Assembly: GCF_001194135.2 (NCBI RefSeq)
Contig: NC_068992.1
Span: 34,673,964 to 34,712,462, forward strand
DNA from: Octopus bimaculoides
Taxonomy: Eukaryota
Direction of reading: 5' to 3'
DNA: 38,499 bases
A program made the position numbers and the translations under genes. Shown one piece after another: positions 21,173 through 33,694 of this stretch. A model generated the notes under the pieces. The model was not told where the DNA came from. It worked only from the letters and a program-made list of their open reading frames with translations, and made no database searches. Position 1 is the stretch's first letter. The number at the start of each line of letters is the position of its first letter.

Positions 21173-22153
21173 CATTTTATTGAGTGATACAGTTGAGGTA
21201 TATTTAATATTAAAGTACTTCTGTGTAAAGGAGTTAAGTGTATTGTTGCATGACACCTATTTATAGTTACATGAACTGGCTGGAAGGATGAAAGTTAAAT
21301 ATCTTTGTCAAGATGATAGTACACTGATGTTATCAGTACAGAAGATTACAACTCAAAATTTATATATTAGAGATTAAAACAGGGTGTACAATAACACCAA
21401 ACTGGTTAAATTTTGTAAGGCACTGTGGAAAGACTTGAAAAGTTTAGAAAAGCAGGTAAATCCTAACTGCTTTGTTATTTCATCAAAGACAGAGAGAACC
21501 TAATCAGGTTTTATGGTCATGTTAACCAGCATAGGACTTAAGAATTATCAAATGTGTTTAGGGAAGATTGAGTTTCATAAACAAGCTTCTTTGAAACAAA
21601 AGCTGATTGCAGAGTTCCCAGTGGAGTATAAAGAACTTTTATGCTTATAACCTCTCAAATTTAAAGATGATTTTCTAGGTGATAATAATACACAAAGCCA
21701 ACTTTGCTTTGCCTAAGTGAAGGGAAGAGAATATAAAAGTAGCTTACATAGGGACTTATTCTTCTCTACTTTCTTTTATACATTAAAAGAAAAAAATTAT
21801 TCACATTTCCTTTCTCTCTTTCTCTCGCAACCCATCCTCTCTTTCTCTCTCCCTTTCTTGAATGTCCTCTTGTCTTGATTACTTGACATTTTTTTTTTAC
21901 TTATTTCCATCGCTGAGGCAATATTTCCAAATGTATTTAGTTGATAATATTGATTCTCATATTTATTTTAGATTTGAACTTAATTTATTGATCCCTATTT
22001 GGCAAACCACTAAGTTAAAGGACATAATGGCATTCAGATAACAAAACTTGCATCTATTTTTACTCTTTTAGACCAGTATAAAAACAAATGCAAATACACA
22101 GATGCTAGTACAACATGTACATTCAGATACAAACATATGCATGTATGTATGTA

Positions 22154-22815
22154 CTAGGGTGGGTTGAAAAGTTCATAGGCTGACAATGAAGGAATGATGC
22201 TACAGCTGTAAATTCTTGCATGCATCAATTTCAACGCTTCTTATTAATAACTGTATTGTTTCTTTCCAAGTAAAACAACCTCTAAACATCATAAGACTTC
22301 AAAGGTAACTAGTAAGTAGTGACTTCTCTTGAAAATGGACAAAATCTCACATTGTGATGTTATTAAGTAATACAGAAAAGTGTTTAGCCCCCAAGGACAT
22401 TCTTGCTGAGGTTGTCACTACATTAAGGGATGATACTCCTGCATTATCATCAGTGCAAAAGTTGGCAACTGAAATTAGGAGGGGAAAGAAAAGCCTTGAA
22501 GATCACTCAACATTTGGATGTTTGGCAAATGCCACCAGCAAGGAAAATATTAACCATGTTCATCACATAGTGATGGAGGACGGGTATTTTACTATAAATC
22601 AAAAAGTCAATGCTATTAGCATATCCCATGAGAGAGTTGAGAATATTCTACACAATGAATCTAGCATGATGAAGTCTTCTGACACCTGATCAAAAGCATA
22701 CCAGGCTGATCACATCGTGAGAAAATTTGACATTGCTTCAGACAGATCCAACTGGTTTCCTTGAATGTTTCCTAAGCCAGGATGAATATTGGTTTCATCA
22801 CTTTGAGCCATACAT
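22154..22815 (+). mobile_element. Mariner 5' half (left TIR to the first catalytic Asp), truncated
   Basis: TA|CTAGGGTGGGTTGAAAAGTTC; LAPKDILAEVVTTLRDDTPALSSVQK...SLEDH...ISISHERVENILH; FLSQDEYWFHHFEP. Confidence 0.9.
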
Positions 22816-22984
22816 TCCATGAGTATCTTGGTCAACCTTTTCAGCTGACTCTTGCCTGTCCTCCTGCCTGCTTGGCTGCTTGTTTGTTTGTGTTATCTTT
22901 TATTTGTTTGTGTCTTTGGACTATACTGATGCTTATAGACTTCTTGTTTTCTTTTTGTCAAATCATCCAAAGTAGTTATTCTTT

Positions 22985-23445
22985 TTTCATTTTAAAGCCT
23001 GCTACTTATTCTCTTGGTCTCTTATGCCGAACCACTAAGTGACAGAGACATGATATCGGTTATCAAGTGCTGGTGAGAGACAAACACACACACACATATA
23101 TATGTATATATGTACAATGGTATTCTTTTAGTTTCTTCCTACCAAATCCTCTTTCAAGAGCTTGATTGGCCTCAACCTGAGGTTGTAGTAGAAGACAGGT
23201 GTCATGCAGTGAGACTAAACCTGGAACCACATGGTTGAGAATCAAACTTCTTGCCACACAGTGCTTCCCACACACACACGCATGTCTGTGCACACACACA
23301 CATCCATATACTCACATAAGCAACATGCTTCTCTATTTCTACAAAATTCCACTCTCACTAAATTGGTCCTACCAAATCTTGAGATGCAATAAATGTGATC
23401 CAACCCAGAGCCATGCGATTGTGAAGCTAATTCCTTTACCACGAA
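22985..23445 (-). mobile_element. One SINE (22985-23270) followed by a second degraded SINE head (23290-23445)
   Basis: CTGGAACCACATGGTTGAGAATCAAACTTCTTGCCACACAG, CTACCAAATCC and CGAACCACTAAGTGAC are reverse complements of parts of 31392-31787. Confidence 0.75.
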
Positions 23446-23486
<41 letters not shown>

Positions 23487-24269
23487 TTACTTATTTATTC
23501 ACTTAATTGTTACGAACAGTATCATGCTTATTATCTTATTTTTCAAATTATTCGTTTATACTGTGTACAAAATTTTACAAAATTATTTACATGCTGTATA
23601 TGCATTAAGGAGAAATGATAAGATGCCTGTAGCAACATTATTTTAAAGATTTCTGTTAAATAAGTTAAACCTGTTACAATGTTATTTCATATGTTATTGC
23701 AAAATTATATCTAGGAAAAAACATTGAGCTACTTAATTATTAAATGGCCTGAAGCATATAGAGAAGAAGCAAAGAAAATCCTTTATGTATATATGTATTT
23801 TTCTATCTAATATAAACTTTTGTTTTTCTTTTAAACAAATATCCACGTGTTATAATTGGTTTACAACACTGGCAGTCCCAGCGAAAAGCTTTCATGATAA
23901 AATACATTTGATGGTTTTTGGTCTTGTTTTTCACAAATTGTAAATATTAAAGGTGAATTTTCATTTATATGTTTTTATACATTGTTCAATTTTTAAAAAA
24001 TGTATCTTTTATATTAGTGAGTTTTGGAACATTAAAACTGCATCAGGAATCCAATTCTTCTATTAAAATATCTTTTATATTATCAAATATAAGTTAATGG
24101 TTTGATGATCCAAAACACAAAGTTTTTTTTCTCAAAATATTTTTTATAAAATCTAATGGTACACATGAAAAGCAGTATTGATATAAAAATGATTTTTAAA
24201 AATTATTTACATCCAGTGGATAGCTCGAATATACTTATTGTGGATTAGCAGAATCATTATATCATCATA

Positions 24270-24375
24270 CAAATAGCCTTGAGGTAATTAGTCATTAGAC
24301 TTTACATTATGAGTTCAAAACATGCCTGATCAACTTCGCCATTTATCCTTCTGGGGTAGATAAATTAAAGTACTG
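24270..24375 (+). mobile_element. Degraded Nin-domain SINE fragment
   Basis: GAGTTCAAAAC...GCCATTTATCCTTCTGGGGTAGATAAATTAAAGTAC. Confidence 0.7.
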
Positions 24376-25097
24376 TTTGTGTTCAACATGAATGACTAAA
24401 TTTGAGTTGTTCAACATGAATGACTAATATGAATGACTAAATAAATGTGAATGATAAGTCAAATCCACCCTATATATGCACTCACTGCTACTTTATTCTC
24501 TGAAATACAACTTCATCCTTTAAAAAGTCAATATTCATCTTACTGTTTGTTTCTTATTTAAAATCACAAAGATTACACATTAAGTATCTATTGTTTCTAC
24601 TTGTAACTATTTCACTTATTATTATAAACAAGACAATCTCTTCCCAATTTGTTGATTTCAACTACTGTTCCAGTCACATTATACGAATTTCTTCGTAGAT
24701 TTTGTCTTAGTCTTGTTCTATGTTGACCCCTAAAGAACTCTATAGCCTCCCCATCTTTTCTTGTTTTTTTTTTTACATTTTGCTTAGGCTGTTTTAACAC
24801 TTCCTTCAGTCTGTACTGCTCATGCGCTCAATCTAATTTATTGCCAAACTAAACTATCATTTATTGTGTTACTAATTCATTTTTATCCAGAGTACTTGTT
24901 AAACCCTGTAGCTTTCCCCTTGTTACAAATCAGCAGAAAAACATGTCTTAATTTTCTGTTTTAACATCATTCATGCCTAGGATGATATACAGCAATATCA
25001 AATTAATTTCAGTGCATGATTGGTACTTTAGTTTATTGATGCTGGAAGGCTGAAATGCAAAGATGAATTACAAAATTGACAAATTATTCAAATTTAG

Positions 25098-25300
25098 CCC
25101 TTTAGCATTTAAACCAGCCATATCAAGCCCAAATATTTTACTTGATTTTTGAAACTGGCTAGACCTGGTTTCTCACACCCACCCTATAGTGTCATTCTAA
25201 AAGTAAATACTCACATTATTGAAATTTTGAAGTTGAGATAATGCATAATAAACTGAAAATGTTGTGAATAAATAAACAGATTACTCTGAACACTAAAGGG
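25098..25300. mobile_element. piggyBac-like MITE (~203 bp)
   Basis: TTAG|CCCTTTAGCATTTA ... TGAACACTAAAGGG|TTAA. TIRs match 11/14, with CCC...GGG ends and a TTAA-like target. Confidence 0.75.
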
Positions 25301-26675
25301 TTAAAGCAGAGTTGCAGTATACACCAGGAACATAGTTTAAAATTTAAGTTGTGAGAATGTAGAGGATTATCTAGTTATCATTCCACTAAAAATATTTTGA
25401 TCTTGTAATTCTAACTTTCAATGTAAATACATGAAATCAAATTTAAATCTTAAATTTGATATGAAGACTTATTTAGGATTGAACAGAGAATGCACATTCC
25501 AGTACAAATCAAAACCAGATCTCATTGCAATAAATTCACGTTAAGATTCAACAGTCATTTTAACCTTTTCAAGTTCTAAGCTCTTTGTTTTGATTACAAA
25601 TTCATGTATTGGTTTGTTGACACATTCTTTCTTGCTTTTTGTTATCTAACATTTTTATTTTAGAAGTATTGTTATACAAAGAAATTAATATTTTGCTTTG
25701 AATCAAAAAGAAAAAAAATGTAAAAGAAAAAAATGTAACAGAAATTACTTGCATATTTGTTCTAAATATAGCTTTATAACATTATCTAGTTTCCATTTAA
25801 TACAAATGTATTTCTTTCAGAAAAATTTCCATTAACAAAATTTATAAAAACTATTCCTTTCCCTTCAATTTGGTGCCTAAGCAGTGCGGTCATAAAAATG
25901 TCAATATACATTGTTTTTATTTTTTTGCTTCATTTAATTTTCCTTATGATGCAACACATACACATGTACACACACATACACAAGCACACACATACAAATA
26001 CACATTCATGTGCATATGTGCATGCACACACTCATGCACAAGTGCACACACATACTCTCATGTGCATATGCACACACACATATCCCAATAATTTCCAATA
26101 AAATTAAAAAACAATGATGTATGATGAATCTTAATAATACACTTTAAAATGACTATGTATGAAAGCTAAAAACACCCAGTAATTAACTGTCTGACCTTTC
26201 ATGATTATCATTAAAAAAAGAAAATTTGTGCTTCCAGTAACAATAGAAAGTATTTAAATGTCATTTTCTAACATTGGCCAATTTAGAATATGAAGGAAAG
26301 GTCAGAAACGATGATCCTTTCAAGAATCAAGAATGTATTTCTAATTAAACAAGATTATCTTTATAATAACTGGTACAACACTTTTATTTTCTAATTAAGC
26401 AAAATGAAAGTAATGCAAAATATATTTAATAAACTCTATGCAAGAAATGATTTTAGAAAACAATCATTTTAAACAATACATGGTTATGGCAAAAACAGTA
26501 AATGGTTTTGAATTATCTATTGAAGAAATATATTAAAATAAAATAAGAATTGATAAGTTCTACATCATTGGGACACATTTAAAGGATACACATAATACTA
26601 GTGAACATATATCTGGTTATCATGATAATATATAATTTATATCATTTTTGTATTTGTTTTCAAGATTTTTGATGT

Positions 26676-26750
26676 GAATTTGTGTGCTGTAACAGATACA
26701 TTGGGGAGACTTCTGGGAGTTTAATGGAAAGACTAAATAAACATTGGCAG
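26676..26750 (+). mobile_element. PLE GIY-YIG endonuclease relic
   Basis: EFVCCNRYIGETSGSLMERLNKH resembles the YIGETxRxLxxRxxEH motif. Confidence 0.6.
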
Positions 26751-26754
26751 GAGA

Positions 26755-26840
26755 CAATCATCTATACTCAATCATCTATACGACAATCATCTATATGATA
26801 ATCATCTATACGACAGGAAACAATCATCTATACTCAATCA
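26755..26840. repeat. 14-15-bp tandem repeat (CAATCATCTATACGA), ~5 copies
   Basis: Read directly from the sequence. Confidence 0.9.
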
Positions 26841-26889
26841 GCATGCCGTAGATCAACATAGCAGCATGCTGTACCAAATTAGCATGGGT

Positions 26890-27335
26890 ATCTTATTTAA
26901 ACAAATAGATACATGTAATTATGAACAGTTCCAATAACAACCAAACACATCTGTGCGCATGCATGGCTGGATCCACACATGCAAGCATAAGCACACATAC
27001 AGAGGAACACAAAAATATGCATATCACACATACACACACAGGTGCACAGGCACACACTTGCACATGCACGCATGTACACAGGAGCACATGTATAAACATA
27101 TACACAGATGCTTACCAATTCAAAACACTACCACACCACAAGCACACACATACTGATATGCACTCACATAAGCAAATGTTCACACATTCACCACTCACAG
27201 AACCAACTCAAACACTTACATAAGCAAACAGTCATACATTCATACACATACATATGAACATATTCACAGAACTGACTCAACCATACAAACATGCACACTA
27301 GACCACGCACTCATGTGCACATACACATGCAGATG

Positions 27336-27389
<54 letters not shown>

Positions 27390-27640
27390 CCCTGTTCTCT
27401 ACATAAGGTACAACATCTATTAATTTTTACAAATCCCAGCAGATTTGAGACCAAACCTTCAATGGGTCACGGGTGGCTACTGCATGCACACTCACAAACA
27501 CAAACACACATACAGACAGTTACATGGGTTCACACACACACACATACAAACTCTTCATTTACTCTCACCCTTACTTTCTCATGTGAGCAGCTGTACATCT
27601 ACATGCACAAATACAAGCATACACATACACAGGCATAAGA
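26890..27640. repeat. Long degenerate CA/CATA-rich microsatellite including (CT)n(CA)n
   Basis: Low-complexity sequence; it explains the His/Thr and Cys/Val pseudo-ORFs. Other pure microsatellites: (GT)n 1431-1463, 14786-14822, 36205-36250; (CA)n 18733-18781; (AT)n 23449-23480. Confidence 0.9.
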
Positions 27641-28004
27641 CTAATTCTCGGACAGACTCAAGGCAGACCTTGGAAAGAGAGGGTATGTCATTGATGAAGT
27701 CACAAATAATGATGAAATGATTTTTAGTAATAATCAACTGATTGCTTGTTTAACCAGCACATTTAACAAATGGTTGATAAGTGAATTGGTTAGATATATT
27801 TAACCAATTGACTAACAATAAAGAAGTGATATTGAACCAGTATGTGTGTTATTATTATTGGTGTAATGACTTTCCCAACACATAACAAGATATAATTTAT
27901 ACAATACTGAAAGTGTTCATAATGTACATAATTTATTAAACAATTAGTGAAATGAGTAACTACAAATCCAAAATGATGTGTTTTAATATGGGACAGCTTG
28001 AAAA

Positions 28005-28190
28005 GTGAATGCAGCATGTTCTACCGGTTAAGAAGTTTGTCTCACAACCATGAGGTTTCAAGTTCGATCTCACTTAATGACATCTTGAAAAATGTCATTT
28101 AGTAAAGGTTTGGATTCATCCAAGTCTTTTGAATGAAATGTGGTAAACAGAAATGGCAAAAACTCATGAGATAGATTGTACATGCAATCG
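28005..28190 (+). mobile_element. Highly degraded SINE head
   Basis: GGTTAAGAAGTTTGTCTCACAACCATGAGGTTTCAAGTTCGATCTCAC. A similar relic lies at 33755-33900. Confidence 0.55.
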
Positions 28191-28866
28191 AAAGATCCAG
28201 TTTGATCATATTGATTCTGCTTGAGAACTACGTTGATAGATACATGATAGACTCAGCCTAGTCACTTTAATGTTAATTCAGTGAGCAGGTAGTTATGTTG
28301 ATTGAATAACTGAACACTCACCATCAAAACTAACAGCGATCTATTTACATTATTTTTCCCCAGCTAGAAATTATATACAAATTGATAGTCTTTATGGTAC
28401 TTAATGTGTTTGAAACTTGACAAAAAAAATCAATGTCAATTTCACAGAATTCCTTCAATCTGAAGATGTAAATGTGAATGCTAGAGGTTTGTATTATTGC
28501 TGCCTACAAATGCATGGAGCAGTAAATGATTATACTATTTACTTGGCAACAAGAGTAGAGAAGACAAAATGTTTTCATGATTGCTGACAGGATTAGTTAG
28601 GCCAACATGGAAGACTAAGACATCAGATTATATTCTTTAAAATACAAAATGGCTGAGAAATTCTAGTTTGGGGAATGTTTCAAGACATTATCTAATTGAT
28701 AAAAAACTTTTATATTAAAGGCTAAAGTTAATCATTTTCTCCTTCCATAAACAATCTCTAGTTGTGAAAATTTCAATATTTTCTTTTAATAGTACTAAGG
28801 GAGAGAAGGAATACATTAAGTGCCTTCATCCATCTCAATATTGAGTTTAAAATATATAACAATATT

Positions 28867-29094
28867 CTTTTCTACTCTAGACACAAGGCCCGAAATTTTT
28901 ATGGTGGTGGTGGTGGTGGTAGGGGCAGTCAATTAGATTGACTCCAGTATGCAACTGGTACTTAATTTATCGACCCTAAAAGGATGAAAGGCAAAGTTGA
29001 CCTCAGCGGAATTTGAACTCAGAACATAAAGACAGACGAAATACTGCTAAGCATCTCACCTGGCATGCTAACATTTCTGCCAGCTCATCACCTT
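28867..29094 (-). mobile_element. Complete Nin-domain SINE with a perfect 16-bp target-site duplication
   Basis: AATATATAACAATATT at 28851-28866 and 29095-29110; the body is the reverse complement of the 4171-4330 family. Confidence 0.95.
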
Positions 29095-30589
29095 AATATA
29101 TAACAATATTATAGAGGAGATGGTTGTATCAATTACCCCTCCAAATTTGAGTGACCTTTAGCTTCAATATGGAACCAATGTTTTTTTTATAAAATACAAT
29201 ATTTTCTTCCCTACTAAAATAGTTTGGAAATAAGATCATTTTTGTTCTGGTTACTGTATTGATCCTGGTGTTGCAGTTAAAAGAGGCTGGTCTTGTGGAA
29301 ATGATATTAAAGAACTGATTTTTCCAAATAAGTTCTATCTAATGATCATATCAAAGAACTATATATTAACTAAACAGTAGTTCATACTTTAATTCAGGTT
29401 TTGAGTAACTTCAGTAATGATATATACATAACCAATAGATCACATGTAAATAATAACTTACACATTGCTGACCTGGGGCTATATAACAACTCACAGAACT
29501 CAACAAATATGGACTGCTGATTTCAAGGATATGCTATCATCTAATTACCATTAAGCTGATTCTCCTAAGTTTTATGATATGCTACATGACACAAATAAAT
29601 TTTAAGAGATATTTCATGACACTTAAATTAACAATTCATTCATTTTCCTGTTTTCCATGTTAGCTTTTTTAGTGCCATTGTCAGTTTTGTTCATAGTATT
29701 TTTTCTGATGCTGCAATTAGAATTATCTGGCCTAGTAGAATTTTTATTATAATTTGTCCAAATAAGTTCTGTTTTCTGATCATACCAATGACCCAGAAGT
29801 TAATTGAAGAATAGGTAGAGTTTATGAATAAACTGGTGATATGGATTATTTTCAATATGTATTCAGATACATTTGACTGATTTCAAAGAAATGAAAGTAC
29901 AAATCAATTCATATCAGGAACTTCAAACCTTTGCATTAACCAGTCCAGTGCTACTTTCTGCTGATGAAAAAAAAATCCATTTAATCTTTAGATTGATGTT
30001 GAGGAAGCAAAGGAAAATACTTGCAACCTTTCTATCTTAGGAATTTCATGCTTCAATAGGTTAATGGAGCATGGTGATTGGATAACTCATAAATTTTCAG
30101 GATAATCAGATGACTTAATAAGTTAGCAAAAGTGTGATATCGTTTATTTGTGATGCACTTAGAGTATTAAGCTTTGAGACCTAATGTCTCTTGATTGGCA
30201 ATTACTTAAATCAAGTACTAAATATTTTTTTATACAGATCACTCGAGAATGCTTTGTTTAACATTTTATCTAAGAACAAAATGAAACTACTCAACATTTA
30301 AAATATGCACATTTGCAACTTTGTTTTTAAGTTTTGCTTTCAAAATATTTGTTCATAATGATTGATAATATTATTTTCAGCTTCATATGTTTTTTCTTAC
30401 TTTTGTTTAACACCATACCATTCTTGCATAGAATTGCTAAAAATAAGCTAGTGATTTAAAGGCAGATTCTACAAACTATATAACAAGAGCTACTTTCCCT
30501 CCACTTTTCACTTCACTGTGTCCCTGTCATTTTTTCTCACTCCTCTTTAATTCTTTTGTCTCTCTGCCTCTACCTCTCTCTCTTCTCTT

Positions 30590-31040
30590 CCCACATGACC
30601 GACGTTTGGCCAAACCTGATCTTTCTTGGCCAGCCGTTGTGCATGCAACATCGATATTCTTCCCTGTACCTGTGAAATCTTGTATCCCTGCCATAAGGCT
30701 TTATTTCCATACACACCAGCTTAATTTAATTCGTCCTTAGTCAAAAGACATCTGTGGTTATGTCCTGCTATTATTTTTATTGTATTTGTGTAACATTGTT
30801 CGTTTTTTTCCGTCCTTGTTTTTGTATACATTCGCTGCTTTCTTTCAAGGAATCTAATGATCTTAGCTTAGTTTTTCCTTGGGGCTGGCCAGATTGGAGC
30901 AATATCGAGAATAACCAACCGAAATTGCAAAGATAATCTGGATCCCAACTGAGGAAAGAAAACTCGAAATGACCTGTCTTTGTTTTCTTTGTATTGTCTA
31001 TCTGGATGTTTTGTTGTTCCTTTCTTGTTTCACCTAACTG
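30590..31040. mobile_element. Unclassified CpG-retaining interspersed repeat, truncated by an assembly gap
   Basis: About 11 CpGs in 450 bp against a CpG-poor background; no recognisable ORF. Class is uncertain (possibly a PLE terminal repeat). Confidence 0.4.
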
Positions 31041-31391
31041 NNNNNNNNNNNNNNNNNNNNNNNNNNNNNNNNNNNNNNNNNNNNNNNNNNNNNNNNNNNN
31101 NNNNNNNNNNNNNNNNNNNNNNNNNNNNNNNNNNNNNNNNNNNNNNNNNNNNNNNNNNNNNNNNNNNNNNNNNNNNNNNNNNNNNNNNNNNNNNNNNNNN
31201 NNNNNNNNNNNNNNNNNNNNNNNNNNNNNNNNNNNNNNNNNNNNNNNNNNNNNNNNNNNNNNNNNNNNNNNNNNNNNNNNNNNNNNNNNNNNNNNNNNNN
31301 NNNNNNNNNNNNNNNNNNNNNNNNNNNNNNNNNNNNNNNNNNNNNNNNNNNNNNNNNNNNNNNNNNNNNNNNNNNNNNNNNNNNNNNNNNN

Positions 31392-31787
31392 TAAGTGCAG
31401 AAGTGGCTGTGTGGTAAGTACCTTGCTTACCACCCACATGGTTCTGAGTTCAATCCCACTGCTTGGCACCTTGGGCAAGTGTCTTCTGGTATAGCGTTGG
31501 GCTGACCAAAGCCTTGTGGGTGGATTTGGTAGATGGAAACTGAAAAAAGTCTGTTGTATACATATGTTTGTGTGTGTGTGTTTGTGTGTCTGTGTTTGTC
31601 CCCACCATCATCGCTTGACAACCGCTGTTGGTGTGTTTACATCCCTGTAACTTAGTGGTTCAGCAAAAGAGACTGATAGAATAAGTACTAAGCTTACAAA
31701 GAATAAGTCCTCAGGTCTATTTGTTCAACTAAAAGGGCAGTGCTCCAGCATGGCTGCAGTCAAATGACTGAAACAAATAAAAGAATA
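31392..31787 (+). mobile_element. Full-length tRNA-derived SINE with internal (GT)n
   Basis: A-box-like TGGCTGTGTGGTAAG, B-box GAGTTCAATCCC (31446-31457), tail GTGCTCCAGCATGGCTGCAGTCAAATGACTGAAACAAATAAAAGAATA. Confidence 0.92.
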
Positions 31788-32497
31788 TATACGAATGAAG
31801 TCCTTTTGGAAACTTCTACAATCCAATTTTGTTTCAAGCTTATTATAGTTTAAGTGTTTTATAGTAATGTTTTTTTATATATATATTTGAATGCTGTTAG
31901 ATGTTAAATATTTGTAAAACCTTAATAGTAATAACAACTATCTTTTGAAACTCTTATGATATTTCATTTCTGAGTAGTCTGCCTCAATGAAGTTTTCTTC
32001 AAGATAATCTGAAATTGGCAATGGTAGAAAGTCAAATGTACAAACTGGTATTAAGCTCTTTTCTCTCAATTCCTAAATACAAGGTCTTATTAATATTAAA
32101 TCATATTAAATATGTTCATCGTCATGGTGTTATCAGCTGAAACTGAGAGAAATTTAATCAAAGCATTCTATCAGAATTTTATGATGTCTAAATTATATCT
32201 GGTCAATAAAATAGGTCTTGATTACAATAATTGTTAAGAAGTTTATCTTATAATACACATTGCCAAAAACAAACAATAATGAAAGCTTTAACAAATGAAA
32301 GCACTTCTACAGGGGCACACAGCCTGCTAGAAGTAGCAACCAAATTTTCCTTTAATATATTTCTACTGTGTAAAAATCAGGACATACTGTCTAATGTAGT
32401 CTGGAGAAAAAAGTAGGATAATCGTAGAAGGAAAACCTTTGATTACAAGCGAGAGCTAGTGGAGTTATTTCAACCTATTCCACATATTTCAATTCAG

Positions 32498-32534
32498 TTA
32501 CAGCACATCTGAAAATATTGTGTATGATGCTTAG
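32498..32534 (+). CDS. Candidate exon 1 of a 3-exon chain (unknown host gene)
   Basis: ATTTCAATTCAG|...TTAG|GTAAAT; phase 1 to 2; xTAHLKILCMML(R). Alternative acceptors at 32451 or 32504 keep the same frame. Confidence 0.4.
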
Positions 32535-32862
32535 GTAAATCTATTATTACTTGAATTATAATGATCAGCTAACTCATATGTTTGTTGTTTGATTATCATG
32601 AATAAATGTCAAGAAACAAGAAAATATTTTCAATCAGTATACAGAAAACAACAAAGCAGATAATGATTAGAACATTTATGAAAGGAATAAGCTTTTTGAT
32701 AAGGTTTCCTCAGCCACAAGCACAGCATTTGTAACTTATGAAAATAATTGTTAAACTCTATCTGCTTCTCTGAAAAAAAAAATATTTAAAATATGCCATT
32801 ACTAAATTTATCTATACTCTAGATTATTTCCAAGTATTAAACTGGTATGCATTCCTGCTTAG

Positions 32863-33010
32863 AATTGACAGATGCATAGAACAAGAAGTCAGCTCTGGTA
32901 GGTCAAGTCCACCAGCTGGCTCTGATTCTTGTTGGAATTATCTGAGTTCTGCTGCTATTGTTATTGATAAATTCATCATCAACACTTCTCCATCATATTT
33001 CAATTACTTG
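32863..33010 (+). CDS. Candidate exon 2 (148 nt)
   Basis: TTCCTGCTTAG|...TTG|GTAATA; only one + frame is open; GC is higher than the flanks; IDRCIEQEVSSGRSSPPAGSDSCWNYLSSAAIVIDKFIINTSPSYFNYL; phase 2 to 0. Confidence 0.55.
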
Positions 33011-33620
33011 GTAATATAAGGCGTTTGTATCCAATCAAAAGAAATAAACTTTTCTTCTTTATATGAAACAATATTTAACAATACTATTTTTATCTTTAGC
33101 ATGTTGAAGTGTATATGAAATGATAGAAATCACAGGATATAACTTTTGTATTCACCTCTTTTAAACAGGTGCACTTTCAAATTGTCATACAGCAGACAGG
33201 AAATAGAAACTTTTCAGAAAGCCAAAGAACCATTATGTAACTAGCTATTTCTAAAGAATAAATGAGTGCTCTTAGCTATGTTTGCAAAGAGTGAGGTAAA
33301 ATATCTTAAAAGGAACTACAACGATCAGTTTGTAACATTTTACTTATTCGTCAGGATTTATTTCCTGGTAGTTTATTGACTATCTAGTAAATTTAGTACC
33401 TCTTTATTTATGAAATTCACAATGTCAACATATATATACAGTTTTAGCAAGGATAAAAAAAATACTCTCAGTAGTAAAAACTCATCAATTTTATTCATTA
33501 CATTATATTTTAGTTGTTGGTTACTTTGGGAAGTACACTCAGAAATTGCAATAACTAATTAACAGTATGTAGATAAAGCAAGTTGTCTGTAAAATCTTCT
33601 TCTGTGTGTGTTTGTTGCAG

Positions 33621-33694
33621 TTCATTCATAAGTTATTTGAGCAATATTCAACAACATATAGAAAGTATTATTTTATGAGATTGCTCAGGATCAA
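33621..33694 (+). CDS. Candidate exon 3 (74 nt)
   Basis: TGTTTGTTGCAG|...CAA|GTAAGT; only the phase-0 frame is open; FIHKLFEQYSTTYRKYYFMRLLRI; phase 0 to 2. Confidence 0.55.

Noticed and set aside
25870-27720. His/Thr- and Cys/Val-rich ORFs here and at 13320-13743, 18576-18854, 37905-38478
   Set aside because: Translations of CA/GT, TAGA and G-rich low-complexity DNA.
30938-30978. CTGAGGA...CTCGAAA...GTC on the + strand
   Set aside because: Helix II is only 2 bp and stem I does not pair; probably chance.
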